Source: a virus (taxonomy: Duplodnaviria > Caudoviricetes). From it: DNA of 59,289 nucleotides. The position numbers and the translations under genes were made by a program. The notes beneath the pieces are model-generated. The model was given only the letters and a program-made list of their open reading frames with translations, made no database searches and was not told the DNA's origin. This document shows positions 27,221 through 36,179 of the stretch, piece by piece. Positions within the stretch are counted from its first letter, which is position 1; every line of letters starts with the position of its first letter. The DNA is taken from positions 1 to 59,289 of the IMG/VR virus record IMGVR_UViG_3300045120_000279; one strand, given 5' to 3'.

Positions 27221-27652
27221 TTAGCCCAGGACCTGTTCAGCGGTGACCACGTCGGCCACCAGTGCGCTGACCTCCTCCCGCAGCTTGCTGATGCGTTCAT
27301 TGCAGCCCTTGATGGCGGCGTTGAGCCCGTCGATCTCGCTGAGGTGGCACTTGGACTTTTCTTCCACGTTCTTGGTCGTGGCGTCATTGCGATCCTTGAT
27401 CGCCTTGAGCACCGCAACCTCGAACTGGTTCGGCGTGACCGAGGCCGGGCGGCCGAGCACCTGGTCAGCAGTGAGGATGTCACCGACGATCTTGGCGACC
27501 TTCTCCTGATGCACCCGGATGGCTTCCTGGTAGTCCTTGATCTTGGCCTGCTCAGCCAGGATGTAGGTGATCTTGGCGCTGGCCTTGTCCACCACGACCG
27601 CCTGTTTGTCCTTGTTCAGCTGAGCCAAGGCATTCTGTGTTACTTCGTTCAT
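27221..27652 (-). CDS. Hypothetical coiled-coil protein with internal repeat
   Basis: ATG at 27652; DILTADQVLG and DVVTAEQVLG repeat. Confidence 0.7.
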   Translation of the reverse strand: MNEVTQNALAQLNKDKQAVVVDKASAKITYILAEQAKIKDYQEAIRVHQEKVAKIVGDILTADQVLGRPASVTPNQFEVAVLKAIKDRNDATTKNVEEKSKCHLSEIDGLNAAIKGCNERISKLREEVSALVADVVTAEQVLG

Positions 27653-27804
27653 TTTGTTGTTTTCCCCCGGATAACGGCCCGAGAGTCGCCGCGTCCCTGT
27701 CGGATGCTCCTGTTGGAGCGGTTTTAGTTCAGCGCACGGACGCGCGCTGTTCGCCGGCTGTCTGGCCGACTGCTCCCCGCACAGACATGCGGAGAGAAAA
27801 TGGC

Positions 27805-27826
27805 CTACCTCGGAATTCCGAGGTAG
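27805..27826. repeat. 22-bp palindrome, exact copy, intergenic (symmetry extends 27803-27828)
   Basis: GCCTACCTCGGAATTCCGAGGTAGGC. Confidence 0.97.
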
Positions 27827-27883
27827 GCAGCCCATGAGGCACCATTTGGGCGGTGGTTGTCAACCATTTTAAGCTCATTGAGC

Positions 27884-28093
27884 TTATTGTGGATCAGGGT
27901 CCTGCCAGGCGTAGACCGTATAGTTGGTTTCGAGTGCCACCTCGAACTTGATGTCCTTTTTGCACGCTGGGCATGCGATCTTTTCCTCCCCCGGCACTGG
28001 ATCGTCCTGCTCCCACTCAACCTTCAGACGGGCATTGCAATGTGGGCAGATTATGTCATGACTATGCTCTGCCTCTACGAGTTCTGGATTCAT
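27884..28093 (-). CDS. Small Zn-ribbon protein
   Basis: CPHC...CPAC. Confidence 0.7.
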   Translation of the reverse strand: MNPELVEAEHSHDIICPHCNARLKVEWEQDDPVPGEEKIACPACKKDIKFEVALETNYTVYAWQDPDPQ

Positions 28094-28272
28094 TTTTCCT
28101 TTCTGGGCAGCAGTTTGAACTGCCACTTGAGCTTCTGGTAGGGCTTGCCGAGCGTGGTGAGCCCGTCAGCCCGGCGCTTGTCCCGGCGCTTTTGCTGCAT
28201 GAACAGCCGACGCTCATGCCGTGCTTTCTCAATGGCCTCCCACGCAGCGAGGCGGGCTTTGACGGAGTTCAC
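28090..28272 (-). CDS. Small basic hypothetical protein
   Basis: Overlapping start/stop with neighbours. Confidence 0.5.
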   Translation of the reverse strand: MNSVKARLAAWEAIEKARHERRLFMQQKRRDKRRADGLTTLGKPYQKLKWQFKLLPRKEK

Positions 28273-28565
28273 TTCTCAAACCCCCTGACTGGCATTTTGA
28301 GTTTGATGATGCGCAGCTTGAGCAGCCTCCGAATAGTCTCTGCGTCGGTGGTCAACTCTGCCATGTGCTGATGCGCCAGGTAGCTGGTGCCGTTGCGGTA
28401 GTCCGCGCGCTTGATGCGGGCCTTGTTTAGACGGTAGGTAACCTGACACGGACTCAGACCGGTTTCCCGGACAATGAGCTTCGTGGAGAAGCCCATGCCG
28501 GCGAGCATGGCACAGCGCAGCTCGTCACTGCGGGTCCAGGTGACCCGGATGGGTTTAGTGTTCAC
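28269..28565 (-). CDS. HTH DNA-binding protein
   Basis: MGFSTKLIVRETGLSPCQVTYRL HTH-like pattern. Confidence 0.6.
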   Translation of the reverse strand: MNTKPIRVTWTRSDELRCAMLAGMGFSTKLIVRETGLSPCQVTYRLNKARIKRADYRNGTSYLAHQHMAELTTDAETIRRLLKLRIIKLKMPVRGFEK

Positions 28566-28972
28566 TGTCCCCTCCCCATTTTGATGGCTTCGTTGATGAT
28601 GTTCAGGTTGCAGCCGCAGCTTGGGCAGAACCTGGCGTGATGGGTGTCTGCGGAGTGCGTCAACGCCTTGGCCCGCCGCTGGTAAACCCGCTTGGGTTTC
28701 GGGTTGAGCCCGATGTTGTCCCAGAGCGGTGGTTTGATGTGGCGCTCCTTGAGGTCACGCTCCAACTGATCCAGTCCGGCCTGGTTGATTTTGGGAGCCT
28801 TGGCCTTCTCCCGTTGCTGCACCCATTTGCTGGGTTTGTAGTGCTCGGGGTGGTTGGCCTTCATGTGGTTGGCCAGGCAGGCATTGAGCCGGCCAGCACC
28901 GAGGTTGTCGCCGGCTTTGTAGTGCACGGTAAACTTCTTGTCACAGTGCAGGCAGGTAGCGGTTGATTTCAC
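28562..28972 (-). CDS. Zn-finger protein
   Basis: CLHC...HMKANH (C2H2-like) and FCPSCGC. Confidence 0.65.
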   Translation of the reverse strand: MKSTATCLHCDKKFTVHYKAGDNLGAGRLNACLANHMKANHPEHYKPSKWVQQREKAKAPKINQAGLDQLERDLKERHIKPPLWDNIGLNPKPKRVYQRRAKALTHSADTHHARFCPSCGCNLNIINEAIKMGRGQ

Positions 28973-29154
28973 TGAGCCACCTGCACTTTCGCGTCGATCT
29001 CAATGACAATGTTGCTCGGACTGAGCACAATGCCATTGTGATCCGGCTTGATGGGTATGACGACCCGCCGACGGTTGGGGCTGGGCTTATCCAGACCCTT
29101 ATCCCTGCGCCAGCGTGCCACATTTGCGGCGACTTGTTTGGGGGTGAGGCTCAT
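28969..29154 (-). CDS. Hypothetical protein
   Basis: Coupled ORF in the early operon. Confidence 0.5.
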   Translation of the reverse strand: MSLTPKQVAANVARWRRDKGLDKPSPNRRRVVIPIKPDHNGIVLSPSNIVIEIDAKVQVAQ

Positions 29155-29330
29155 TGTGCCCCTCCCTTCACTGCGTAGGTCACAGCGAGCTTGTGGCCCC
29201 TGCCGAAGCTGGCCGCCACAATCTGGACCTGTCCGGCCGGTCGGGGCACGAACTCGTTAATGTTGATCCAATACCGAGTGATCCGGCCACCGAAGGCAGC
29301 CAGCGGATTGGTTTTTGCTTTTCTAGGCAT
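29151..29330 (-). CDS. Hypothetical protein
   Basis: ATG at 29330 (MPRKAKTN). Confidence 0.5.
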   Translation of the reverse strand: MPRKAKTNPLAAFGGRITRYWININEFVPRPAGQVQIVAASFGRGHKLAVTYAVKGGAQ

Positions 29331-29404
29331 TTTGTTGTTGTTGTTTTCGATGACCACCATGGCCAGCGAACTCAACCCCAGTTGCCTGGGGTTGAGTTCA
29401 TTGG

Positions 29405-29992
29405 TCAAGGACTGTCCTTGAGTGTGTATTGGTAGTGGCCTTCCACGAGTTCCGTGGTAATGACATGACCGTATCTACGCAAGTTGCGGCAGATGGCATT
29501 CATTTTGACCGTTGGATTGTCCGACTCCCGAATGGCCGCTCGCAATTCCGAGGTCTTGACAGCCTTCCCCTTGTGCTCAACCAGGACTTTGAGCACGAGA
29601 GCATTGATGGGATTTAGTTTCAGTTTCTCTCTCACCAGATTCGCCACCTTTTTAATGCTCCAATCACTGCGCCCGCGTATGATTTTTTTCAGGCGTCCTT
29701 GGGAGGTGTGAGTCCACACCCAGGCATTCAGGCCATCGACCGCCCCTCGGCGGATCAGTGTGGCAGTGTCCAGGTCTGGAATGTCCTCCACCGATTTCTC
29801 GCGTTTCTTGGCGTCGTTTTCCCGGCGGATGATGTTGATGGAGGCCAGCAGTTCGGGCCTTACTTTTTGGTAAAGCAGCTCCAGCAATTCCTCACGGGTG
29901 TATTCGTCTCGCTGCTCGAAGGCGGCCAGCAGGACCTGACTAACTACCGAAGATGACTCGCATCTTTTCCGTGATCCGCTTGAAACGATCAT
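29405..29992 (-). CDS. Hypothetical, possibly winged-helix DNA-binding protein (start uncertain)
   Basis: VLKVLVEHKGKAVKTSELRAAI...VKMNAICRNLRR resembles an OmpR-type wHTH. Confidence 0.5.
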   Translation of the reverse strand: MIVSSGSRKRCESSSVVSQVLLAAFEQRDEYTREELLELLYQKVRPELLASINIIRRENDAKKREKSVEDIPDLDTATLIRRGAVDGLNAWVWTHTSQGRLKKIIRGRSDWSIKKVANLVREKLKLNPINALVLKVLVEHKGKAVKTSELRAAIRESDNPTVKMNAICRNLRRYGHVITTELVEGHYQYTLKDSP

Positions 29993-30893
29993 AGATTTCC
30001 TTTTTATCCGATGGTTCAGTGATCTGCATCTGTTTGGCAGAGCTGCGCCCGGTCAGCAACCGCTCCAGGCCCGTAATGTATTGCAGCAGGTTCCTGCGCA
30101 CCGGACGCACCACCGTTCCTTTTTGTGGCCGGTCCTCAACCTTGAGCGAGTGCTCGTAGGCGGCCAGCACGGCAATCTGTGCGGACTCCGTGGTGGAGTT
30201 GCGAACTTCCCGCAGTATTTCCACCACCGTGTCGCCATTGGTGTTGTGCTGGGCGAATACGGACCCCGCCGCGCGCATGACGTTCTCGTTCTTCAACCCG
30301 GCCAGGGCAGCCAGGATGCCCTTGGGCATCTTGGTCACATTGACCCGAGCCTCGGTCATGAGCTTGCGAGCGTGGGCAATGGCCATCTGCCGGGACAGTG
30401 TGCCCTTTGGTAGTGAGAACATGGCCTCGGCCGCTTCACGGCCGACCGAATAGGCGCGCATGGCATAGAGCGCGTGTTCGACCAGCTCGTCCTTCTTGAT
30501 GCCCTTGCCGTGCTGGTTGTTCAACATGCGTGGCAACAGGTCACTGACCATCTCGTCCTCGATCTGCACCTGGTAAACCCTGATCTTCTCTTGTTGATCA
30601 ATGATTTCAGCATAGCCGGCCAGCCGGTGATTGCCGCTGATGGGCACCAGTCGCCACTTGCCATCTCTTTTCTGGCGGTTGAGCACGACCATGGGGAATG
30701 TGTCACCCCGCTCCATCGCCAGCGCGTAGTTCATGACTGTTTCCTGATCCAGCGCCTGCGAAATGCGGGCGTGGTTTTTAAGACCGGACTCCCGGTCAAT
30801 GTCGCCAAAGGGCACCTCGATCACGTCGAAGTCGATCTTTTGGCGGTGCAGTATGGCCTCAACCACACTGTCTCTATTGGTTATTACTTTCAT
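29940..30893 (-). CDS. Second ParB/Srx N-terminal domain protein (alternative start 30983)
   Basis: NHARISQALDQETVMNYALAMERGDTFPMVVL..ISGNHRLAG..LNNQHG. Confidence 0.75.
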   Translation of the reverse strand: MKVITNRDSVVEAILHRQKIDFDVIEVPFGDIDRESGLKNHARISQALDQETVMNYALAMERGDTFPMVVLNRQKRDGKWRLVPISGNHRLAGYAEIIDQQEKIRVYQVQIEDEMVSDLLPRMLNNQHGKGIKKDELVEHALYAMRAYSVGREAAEAMFSLPKGTLSRQMAIAHARKLMTEARVNVTKMPKGILAALAGLKNENVMRAAGSVFAQHNTNGDTVVEILREVRNSTTESAQIAVLAAYEHSLKVEDRPQKGTVVRPVRRNLLQYITGLERLLTGRSSAKQMQITEPSDKKEIYDRFKRITEKMRVIFGS

Positions 30894-30946
30894 TTTGGGT
30901 CTTTCTTGGGTTACTCCCCGGTCTTCATGACCGGGGAAATTAAGTT

Positions 30947-30968
30947 CTACCTCGGAATTCCGAGGTAG
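30947..30968. repeat. 22-bp palindrome, exact copy, at the 5' end of the second ParB-like gene
   Basis: CTACCTCGGAATTCCGAGGTAG; adjacent hairpin TCCCCGGTC/GACCGGGGA at 30915-30937. Confidence 0.97.
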
Positions 30969-30979
30969 GATTTGGGAGG

Positions 30980-31225
30980 TCACGTTCGCCGGTCGGCGGC
31001 TTCAATGATTTTGTTGATCTCGGCAGCGGTCAGTCGTCTGGTGCAGTCGTGATCCTTGTTGGTGAGACAGATGATACTCGGTCCAGCGCCACTGTTTTCT
31101 TCCAGTGGTCCGACCCTTCCTGTGTCCGGGTTGATGCGGCAGTATTCCGGGTTGCCGTCGTATTGCACGATCAGGTTGTCGGAGCAGATGGCGCACGTGA
31201 ACTTCGGCTTGGGCTTGTTGTGCAT
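30980..31225 (-). CDS. Small Cys/His (Zn-binding) protein
   Basis: CAIC...CLTNKDH. Confidence 0.55.
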   Translation of the reverse strand: MHNKPKPKFTCAICSDNLIVQYDGNPEYCRINPDTGRVGPLEENSGAGPSIICLTNKDHDCTRRLTAAEINKIIEAADRRT

Positions 31226-31226
31226 T

Positions 31227-31424
31227 TTATTCCTTTTGTTTGTGTTTGGTCATTGAACGGATTCTTTTGCGCAGCCCCTCCAGCTCCATGGCCTCCTTGC
31301 GGCTCACTGGGCATCTGTGCTGGTGGGCCACGGTGAACTGGCGGTTGGCGCGCTCGGCCAGTGCGAGGCACAGGTGGTTCAGCTCATGTTGCGTGAAGAA
31401 CTCATGGAGGTGCTGGCGGGTCAT
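31227..31424 (-). CDS. Hypothetical protein
   Basis: ATG at 31424 coupled to the upstream stop. Confidence 0.5.
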   Translation of the reverse strand: MTRQHLHEFFTQHELNHLCLALAERANRQFTVAHQHRCPVSRKEAMELEGLRKRIRSMTKHKQKE

Positions 31425-31930
31425 TTGGTCTCCTTGGGCACTGCCTTTCCGCACCACGGGCAGTAGTTGATGGGTGGGAACTCAGAGCCCATCAGGTATC
31501 CAATCAGTTCCGAGTGATAGATCAGACGGCCATAGCCTTCGCCGTCCGTGCCGCGCTCCTGTGCCTTTTTGAACTCAGCGCAGTTGCAGCGGTCAACGAC
31601 CTCCACTTCCTGGTCCTTGGGCAGCAAGGAGCGCAGGAACTCCAGCTGCTTGAGCGCGGCAGCTTTGAACTCCGGGCTGTCGAGGCCGTATTCAGACTCA
31701 GCCGTGTAGGCGTCATCGTAGGGTGTGCCTTTGCAGCCAGTTTCTCCGGTGCACTCATGGACCGGACAGCCAATGCAGAGCTTGTGGCCGCGTGTTGTGT
31801 CGTTGTTGAACAGGCTGCACAGGTCGCACCAGTTGCGACCGACCTGCTCATTTGGTTCGAGCTTACCACTGGCGAGTCGATCCCAGTGGGCGATGGATTT
31901 GCACAGGGCTACTAATGTTTCAACTTTCAT
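31421..31930 (-). CDS. Cys-rich (Zn-binding) hypothetical protein
   Basis: CDLC, CIGCP, CNC, INYCPWCGK. Confidence 0.65.
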   Translation of the reverse strand: MKVETLVALCKSIAHWDRLASGKLEPNEQVGRNWCDLCSLFNNDTTRGHKLCIGCPVHECTGETGCKGTPYDDAYTAESEYGLDSPEFKAAALKQLEFLRSLLPKDQEVEVVDRCNCAEFKKAQERGTDGEGYGRLIYHSELIGYLMGSEFPPINYCPWCGKAVPKETK

Positions 31931-32204
31931 TGGGTTTGATGGGTTTTTTGTAGTTGGGATGGTCGGCTGACACCTTGGCGTGGAAGGCCAGCGCATGGTC
32001 CAGCAGGTGGTTGGCGCAGTCCACGGGTGTGGCTTCTTGCTTACCGTCGAGCACTGAGATCGTGTGGTGGATGGCGCAGGCCACGCCGATCATGGTGTCG
32101 GTGGCGCTGCTGGGCAGGATGTAATACTTCTGCATGAGCAGCATCACGTCCACGACCAGCGCGTTGAAGTCTTCAACCGGCAGGCTGTAGATTTTATCTT
32201 TCAT
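31920..32204 (-). CDS. Hypothetical protein
   Basis: ATG at 32204 with AGAGGAGG RBS. Confidence 0.6.
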   Translation of the reverse strand: MKDKIYSLPVEDFNALVVDVMLLMQKYYILPSSATDTMIGVACAIHHTISVLDGKQEATPVDCANHLLDHALAFHAKVSADHPNYKKPIKPNES

Positions 32205-32482
32205 TTGCCCTCCTCTGGTTGTTTGAATCGCTTGACGAACTGGTTGCCCAGCTCCGAGTCCACGGGGCACTGTATCTTGCTGGCGTGTTCGTGATTCAGG
32301 GAGCAGATCATGTCCACACCGCCGGCCACGATGTTGAAGATGAGTCGAATGTTCCGCTGCGAGTCCTCACTGAACTGATCAATGGTGGCCGCAATGTTGT
32401 TGTCGATTACGATCTCCATGCCGGTGCCGTGCTCCGGGTGGCTGGCGGGCAGCATCATGATCTCGATTTTGAGTGGTTTCAT
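32201..32482 (-). CDS. Hypothetical protein
   Basis: ATG at 32482; coupled ORF. Confidence 0.55.
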   Translation of the reverse strand: MKPLKIEIMMLPASHPEHGTGMEIVIDNNIAATIDQFSEDSQRNIRLIFNIVAGGVDMICSLNHEHASKIQCPVDSELGNQFVKRFKQPEEGK

Positions 32483-32808
32483 ACGATTGGTTGCAGTTGC
32501 AGGACGTTGACGGTTCGGGCTTCGATTTTGTGGAGGGTTGCCAAAGCATCGCTCCACAGGTGGTTACCAACCTGATCAGCGAAGTCGATGCCCAGTTCGT
32601 ATAGCTCGTAATCCTTGGGCCGGCCGTTCATGTATCGAGGCACAGCCTTGCAGAGCTGGCCACAGGCACAGGTCGGCCAGTCGGAAGCCATCAGAACCAG
32701 TGCTTTGTGACAGTCAGCGGCTGCCTCTGGTTCTTTCTGGCATTGCTCAAGGGCAGCCATCCAGTCGAACCGATCATCGGGCAGCATCATCATTTGGTGA
32801 ATGGTCAT
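32479..32808 (-). CDS. Hypothetical protein
   Basis: WPTCACGQ...RPKD..L..LG..F motif; coupled ORF. Confidence 0.6.
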   Translation of the reverse strand: MTIHQMMMLPDDRFDWMAALEQCQKEPEAAADCHKALVLMASDWPTCACGQLCKAVPRYMNGRPKDYELYELGIDFADQVGNHLWSDALATLHKIEARTVNVLQLQPIV

Positions 32809-33158
32809 GACACATCCTTTCCATCAGCGATCCCGGTCACGAATACCCGCAGCGGTGCGGTGGCGAAGTAGCCGAGCCCACGCTCCTTGGTGACCGTCTT
32901 AATCAGCCGAATGTTGCCCAGCTGATTTGGGTGATTGCCCTTGGGAATGGACGTGAAGAGCCTGCTTAAGGCGAGGTGGGCAATGCGCTCCTCGTAGGAT
33001 TGCAGCCGGTTGGGCTGGTGCTCGTCGGTGGGCACGGTGGCATACTTGCGATTGTAGTCGCACTTGGGGCAGTCCGGGTAGGCGTCTTTGGAGTAGGTGT
33101 GGCCGCACTTGGGGCAATCCACGATTGCGGTCAACACTGGTTCGTTTTTGTTGCTCAT
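32805..33158 (-). CDS. Zn-ribbon hypothetical protein
   Basis: CPKC...CPKC. Confidence 0.6.
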   Translation of the reverse strand: MSNKNEPVLTAIVDCPKCGHTYSKDAYPDCPKCDYNRKYATVPTDEHQPNRLQSYEERIAHLALSRLFTSIPKGNHPNQLGNIRLIKTVTKERGLGYFATAPLRVFVTGIADGKDVS

Positions 33159-33198
33159 TTTGTTTGTTATTTGATGTTTCCTGCCCTTTGTGGGCAAG

Positions 33199-33239
33199 GC
33201 TGCAATGCAGCTGTCAGCCATCGGTGAGGATGGCTGAGG
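33199..33239. promoter_or_regulatory. GCTGCAATGCAGC motif plus adjacent hairpin, copy 1
   Basis: Motif at 33199-33211; TCAGCCATC/GATGGCTGA stem. Confidence 0.5.
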
Positions 33240-33248
33240 GCTGGACTG

Positions 33249-33488
33249 TCAGGGGAACTTCCTTTCGTGTTCGGTGAACATTTTCTCCAACCGCTTGCGG
33301 TAGGCGATCATGGACTGGCGCATGTAATTAACGCGGTCCAGTTCAGTGTGCACGCCCATGTGCGGGTTGGGGTTTGGTGATTCGATGATGGACCACAGCA
33401 GCCGAATCAGGCTGTCGTTCATCTCGTTTCTGGTCTTGAACATGGCATCCAGTTCTGCCTGCTCCTGCGGTGATTTACAGACTGTCAT
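33249..33488 (-). CDS. Hypothetical early protein
   Basis: ATG at 33488 with AAAGGA RBS. Confidence 0.6.
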   Translation of the reverse strand: MTVCKSPQEQAELDAMFKTRNEMNDSLIRLLWSIIESPNPNPHMGVHTELDRVNYMRQSMIAYRKRLEKMFTEHERKFP

Positions 33489-33502
33489 TGGTTGTCCTTT
33501 CT

Positions 33503-33551
33503 GCTGCAATGCAGCCTTGAATCCCCGAGGTCTGTCACCCCTCGGGGACTC
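33503..33551. promoter_or_regulatory. GCTGCAATGCAGC motif plus adjacent hairpin, copy 2
   Basis: Motif at 33503-33515; TCCCCGAGG/CCTCGGGGA stem. Confidence 0.5.
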
Positions 33552-33566
33552 CATGGCTACCTTGTA

Positions 33567-34322
33567 TTACTCCGCGTGGCCATCGTTGTCGGACGGCTGG
33601 TTCACGACCTCACCATTGCCCTGAGCTTCCTTGGCCACCCGTGCGGCTTCCTCGTCAGCGAGTTCCTTCGCTGCTTTCTCGTCCGCAATGGCCTTTTCGG
33701 CCTTGGCCTTTTCGTCAGCGACCGTGCGGGCCTTGGCGGCCTTCATGGCCTTGACCTGTTCGACCGTCAACCCGAGCGAGTTGGCAATCGTTTCGTCGGA
33801 CGGCTCGGCGGTCAACGTCACCTTGATCGGCTCAACTTTGACAAAGCTGAGCGTGATCTTGTTGCCCTTGCCGCTCATCGTGACCTTGTCCCCGGTCCAG
33901 TTGGCATCACCAGCGATCCGGGTCGCCAGCTGGCACTGCTGATCCTTGACCTCGTCACGCCGCATCCGGATGAACGCATCCAACTGCGCACCCTTGAGAC
34001 CACCGGACACAACGGCCATGTCTTTCTTGCCGAGCATACCGACCGTCACCGCACCCGACTTGTTGACGGACCGCTTGGTGGACTGGCCAATCACTTGGCC
34101 CTCCAACTTGAACCCGACGTTCGTGTCGAACCGTGCCAGCGCAGTGGCTTCCTTCGCCGCTTGCTCTGCCAGCATTTTCTCCACCAGCGCGGCCTTCTCG
34201 GCATCGGTCGGAATGGCCAGTTGCATCACTGCTTGGCCGCCCGCATCCGTTGCCCCGTCCACCGGCAGACCCGTCAGGTTGACCGTCTCTACCGCCACCG
34301 TGTTTTCTTGTTGTGTCTTCAT
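33567..34322 (-). CDS. Hypothetical early protein, Ala/Lys/Glu-rich C-terminus
   Basis: 251-aa ORF with GGAG RBS; first gene of the leftward arm. Confidence 0.75.
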   Translation of the reverse strand: MKTQQENTVAVETVNLTGLPVDGATDAGGQAVMQLAIPTDAEKAALVEKMLAEQAAKEATALARFDTNVGFKLEGQVIGQSTKRSVNKSGAVTVGMLGKKDMAVVSGGLKGAQLDAFIRMRRDEVKDQQCQLATRIAGDANWTGDKVTMSGKGNKITLSFVKVEPIKVTLTAEPSDETIANSLGLTVEQVKAMKAAKARTVADEKAKAEKAIADEKAAKELADEEAARVAKEAQGNGEVVNQPSDNDGHAE

Positions 34323-34518
34323 CTGTTGTTACTCCGTAGCTACTGCGTTTGCGTTAGTGCTTTACGGGCTTTGCTTAGACCGTCAGCGCCGACCCATCAG
34401 GCGGGCACTGGCCGCATTAAGGAACTTGTCCGGAGTAATGGACACACCGTCACCAATACCAAGGCGTGATGCCACACGTTGTAACCCTCTGGTCGGCCAC
34501 ACTTGACAGACCAGCTCA

Positions 34519-34770
34519 TTGCCCACTACCGTGCCCACCATGAAGTATGGCGAGGCATATCGGGGCGCACTGAAACTACAGAGACTTATCATGGCTGAAG
34601 CTCCGGAGGCAGGGGCGAAGGAGTTAGCCATGATTGGCAAGACCTACGCCTCGTTGGAGATTCTAAAGCTCCGTCTCCGGATGAAGCCCGCACCCAAGCC
34701 GGTGGACACCACCAAGCTCCAGCAGGGCAGGGGACGCCCAGCAGTCCAGCCTTCATTCACCGAGAGTTAG
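34519..34770 (+). CDS. Small protein, candidate terminase small subunit
   Basis: Lone plus-strand gene beside a non-coding G/C-run and A-run region; function inferred from position only. Confidence 0.3.
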   Translation: MPTTVPTMKYGEAYRGALKLQRLIMAEAPEAGAKELAMIGKTYASLEILKLRLRMKPAPKPVDTTKLQQGRGRPAVQPSFTES

Positions 34771-35383
34771 TCCCCATTTGAGCAGCAGCTCAGGGTGACT
34801 CACGCGCACCCGTGTTTTCTTCACCGTCTTACGCTTAACCACCGGGCGGACCTCGGTGATCAGCAGTTCGAGTTGTTCACACATACGTTAGGAACGGGCG
34901 GCCAGCCGTGTTGCGGTCAGCACTCACCCTCACCCATACCAGAACGTGATGCCGGCCAAGGAATCTCTTCGGCAGACCCGCCCCCGCCGACCCCACCCCC
35001 GAGGGGGCGCGCGAAACGCCGGGGTCTTGTCATGGTGAGCCCAGCCATGGTGTGTGGTTTCTCTATAAGAACCGGAAAAAATCTGGAAAAATTCCCGTCC
35101 CCTGACCGGTTACCAGAGCTGCTCGGGTGTCCGGGGTCTGGCGGTGTCTTCGGTGAGCGTTCGCGCCGAGCGGAGACCAGCGAGTCACAATCCGAGGAGG
35201 GACGAGCGGGTGAGGCAGCACTGTTCTTCGCCGATGATTGAGCCTGGATTATTTCAGGGCAGACTCGTCCCTATATGGTGGGGGCATCTGTCCGAAGTGC
35301 GTTCGGTCCAGACGAGCGAGGGTGACTCTTTATACGGCTGGCCGGCACCTTGCGGTGGCCATCGGCAACCCTGCTCTGCTTTC

Positions 35384-35752
35384 CTATCCCACGACGGTCA
35401 GTTCCGTTTCCATACTCGGGACGGTTTCGCACGTTGACGAAGCCGGGTTGGTTACCGGGGCATTCGAGTGGCTAGTCAGCTTCCCTACCGCTGACGGGGT
35501 ATCCAGGGAGATCGTGCCGGGAATTGTTTGTAGACATGGCTTATCTCCAAGGACGGAACGAACTGGGGGCGCAGGCGCTGGAGTTGGAGCACTGACGGGA
35601 CGGGAAATTCTTAAATAGACCAGCGTGCCGGCGCTCTGCGCCTGGCGGATGATCTCAACTACCTTGCGGTTGTGCACGAGCACCCCGACCTTGCCGCTTG
35701 GCCGCATCGGGCTCATCGGGAACATGAACTTCTCCACGTCGATGACCCTCAC
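35384..35752 (-). CDS. Hypothetical protein
   Basis: Coupled to the upstream minus-strand ORF; low-complexity C-terminus. Confidence 0.4.
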   Translation of the reverse strand: MRVIDVEKFMFPMSPMRPSGKVGVLVHNRKVVEIIRQAQSAGTLVYLRISRPVSAPTPAPAPPVRSVLGDKPCLQTIPGTISLDTPSAVGKLTSHSNAPVTNPASSTCETVPSMETELTVVG

Positions 35753-35940
35753 ACCCCTGCCCTCCGCGTGAAGTGCTCTTCGTAGAACCGGGACCAGGCC
35801 ACCTCCAGCTCGGCCTTGCGCTGGTCAGCCAGCACCCGGATGTTGTGCACGATCCCCGTCCCATGGCAGAACAGGCAGTGGAGCGAGCCGAACTGGGCAT
35901 CGACTCCGGCGCCATGGCAATGGGGGCAGGGTTGGTTCAT
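35749..35940 (-). CDS. Small DnaJ-type Zn-finger protein
   Basis: CPHCHGAG...CLFCHGTG. Confidence 0.7.
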   Translation of the reverse strand: MNQPCPHCHGAGVDAQFGSLHCLFCHGTGIVHNIRVLADQRKAELEVAWSRFYEEHFTRRAGV

Positions 35941-36170
35941 ACTCCGGGGGCAATCTTGTAAAAGGCGTCCAGGGTTTGTTCGATTCCCTCCAGACGGCCA
36001 GCAATGGCGGAGGCGCCTTCCTCCAGGTCGCTTAACGGAAGGCCCTCAATGGAGCCGGTTACCCGGCTCAACTCGTCGGTTACCTCCTCCAGCTGGAGGC
36101 GGACCCCGTTGATCGACCCATCCAGCTTGGACAGGGCTTCGATCAGGCGTTGGAATTGGTCTTCGTTCAT
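35937..36170 (-). CDS. Hypothetical coiled-coil protein
   Basis: 77-aa heptad-rich ORF; palindrome begins 10 bp upstream of its start. Confidence 0.6.
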   Translation of the reverse strand: MNEDQFQRLIEALSKLDGSINGVRLQLEEVTDELSRVTGSIEGLPLSDLEEGASAIAGRLEGIEQTLDAFYKIAPGV

Positions 36171-36179
36171 AGTGAAATC

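Noticed and set aside
34795-35618. Plus-strand ORFs 34795-35241 and 35238-35618
   Set aside because: Non-ATG starts, low-complexity translations and no motifs; probably non-coding
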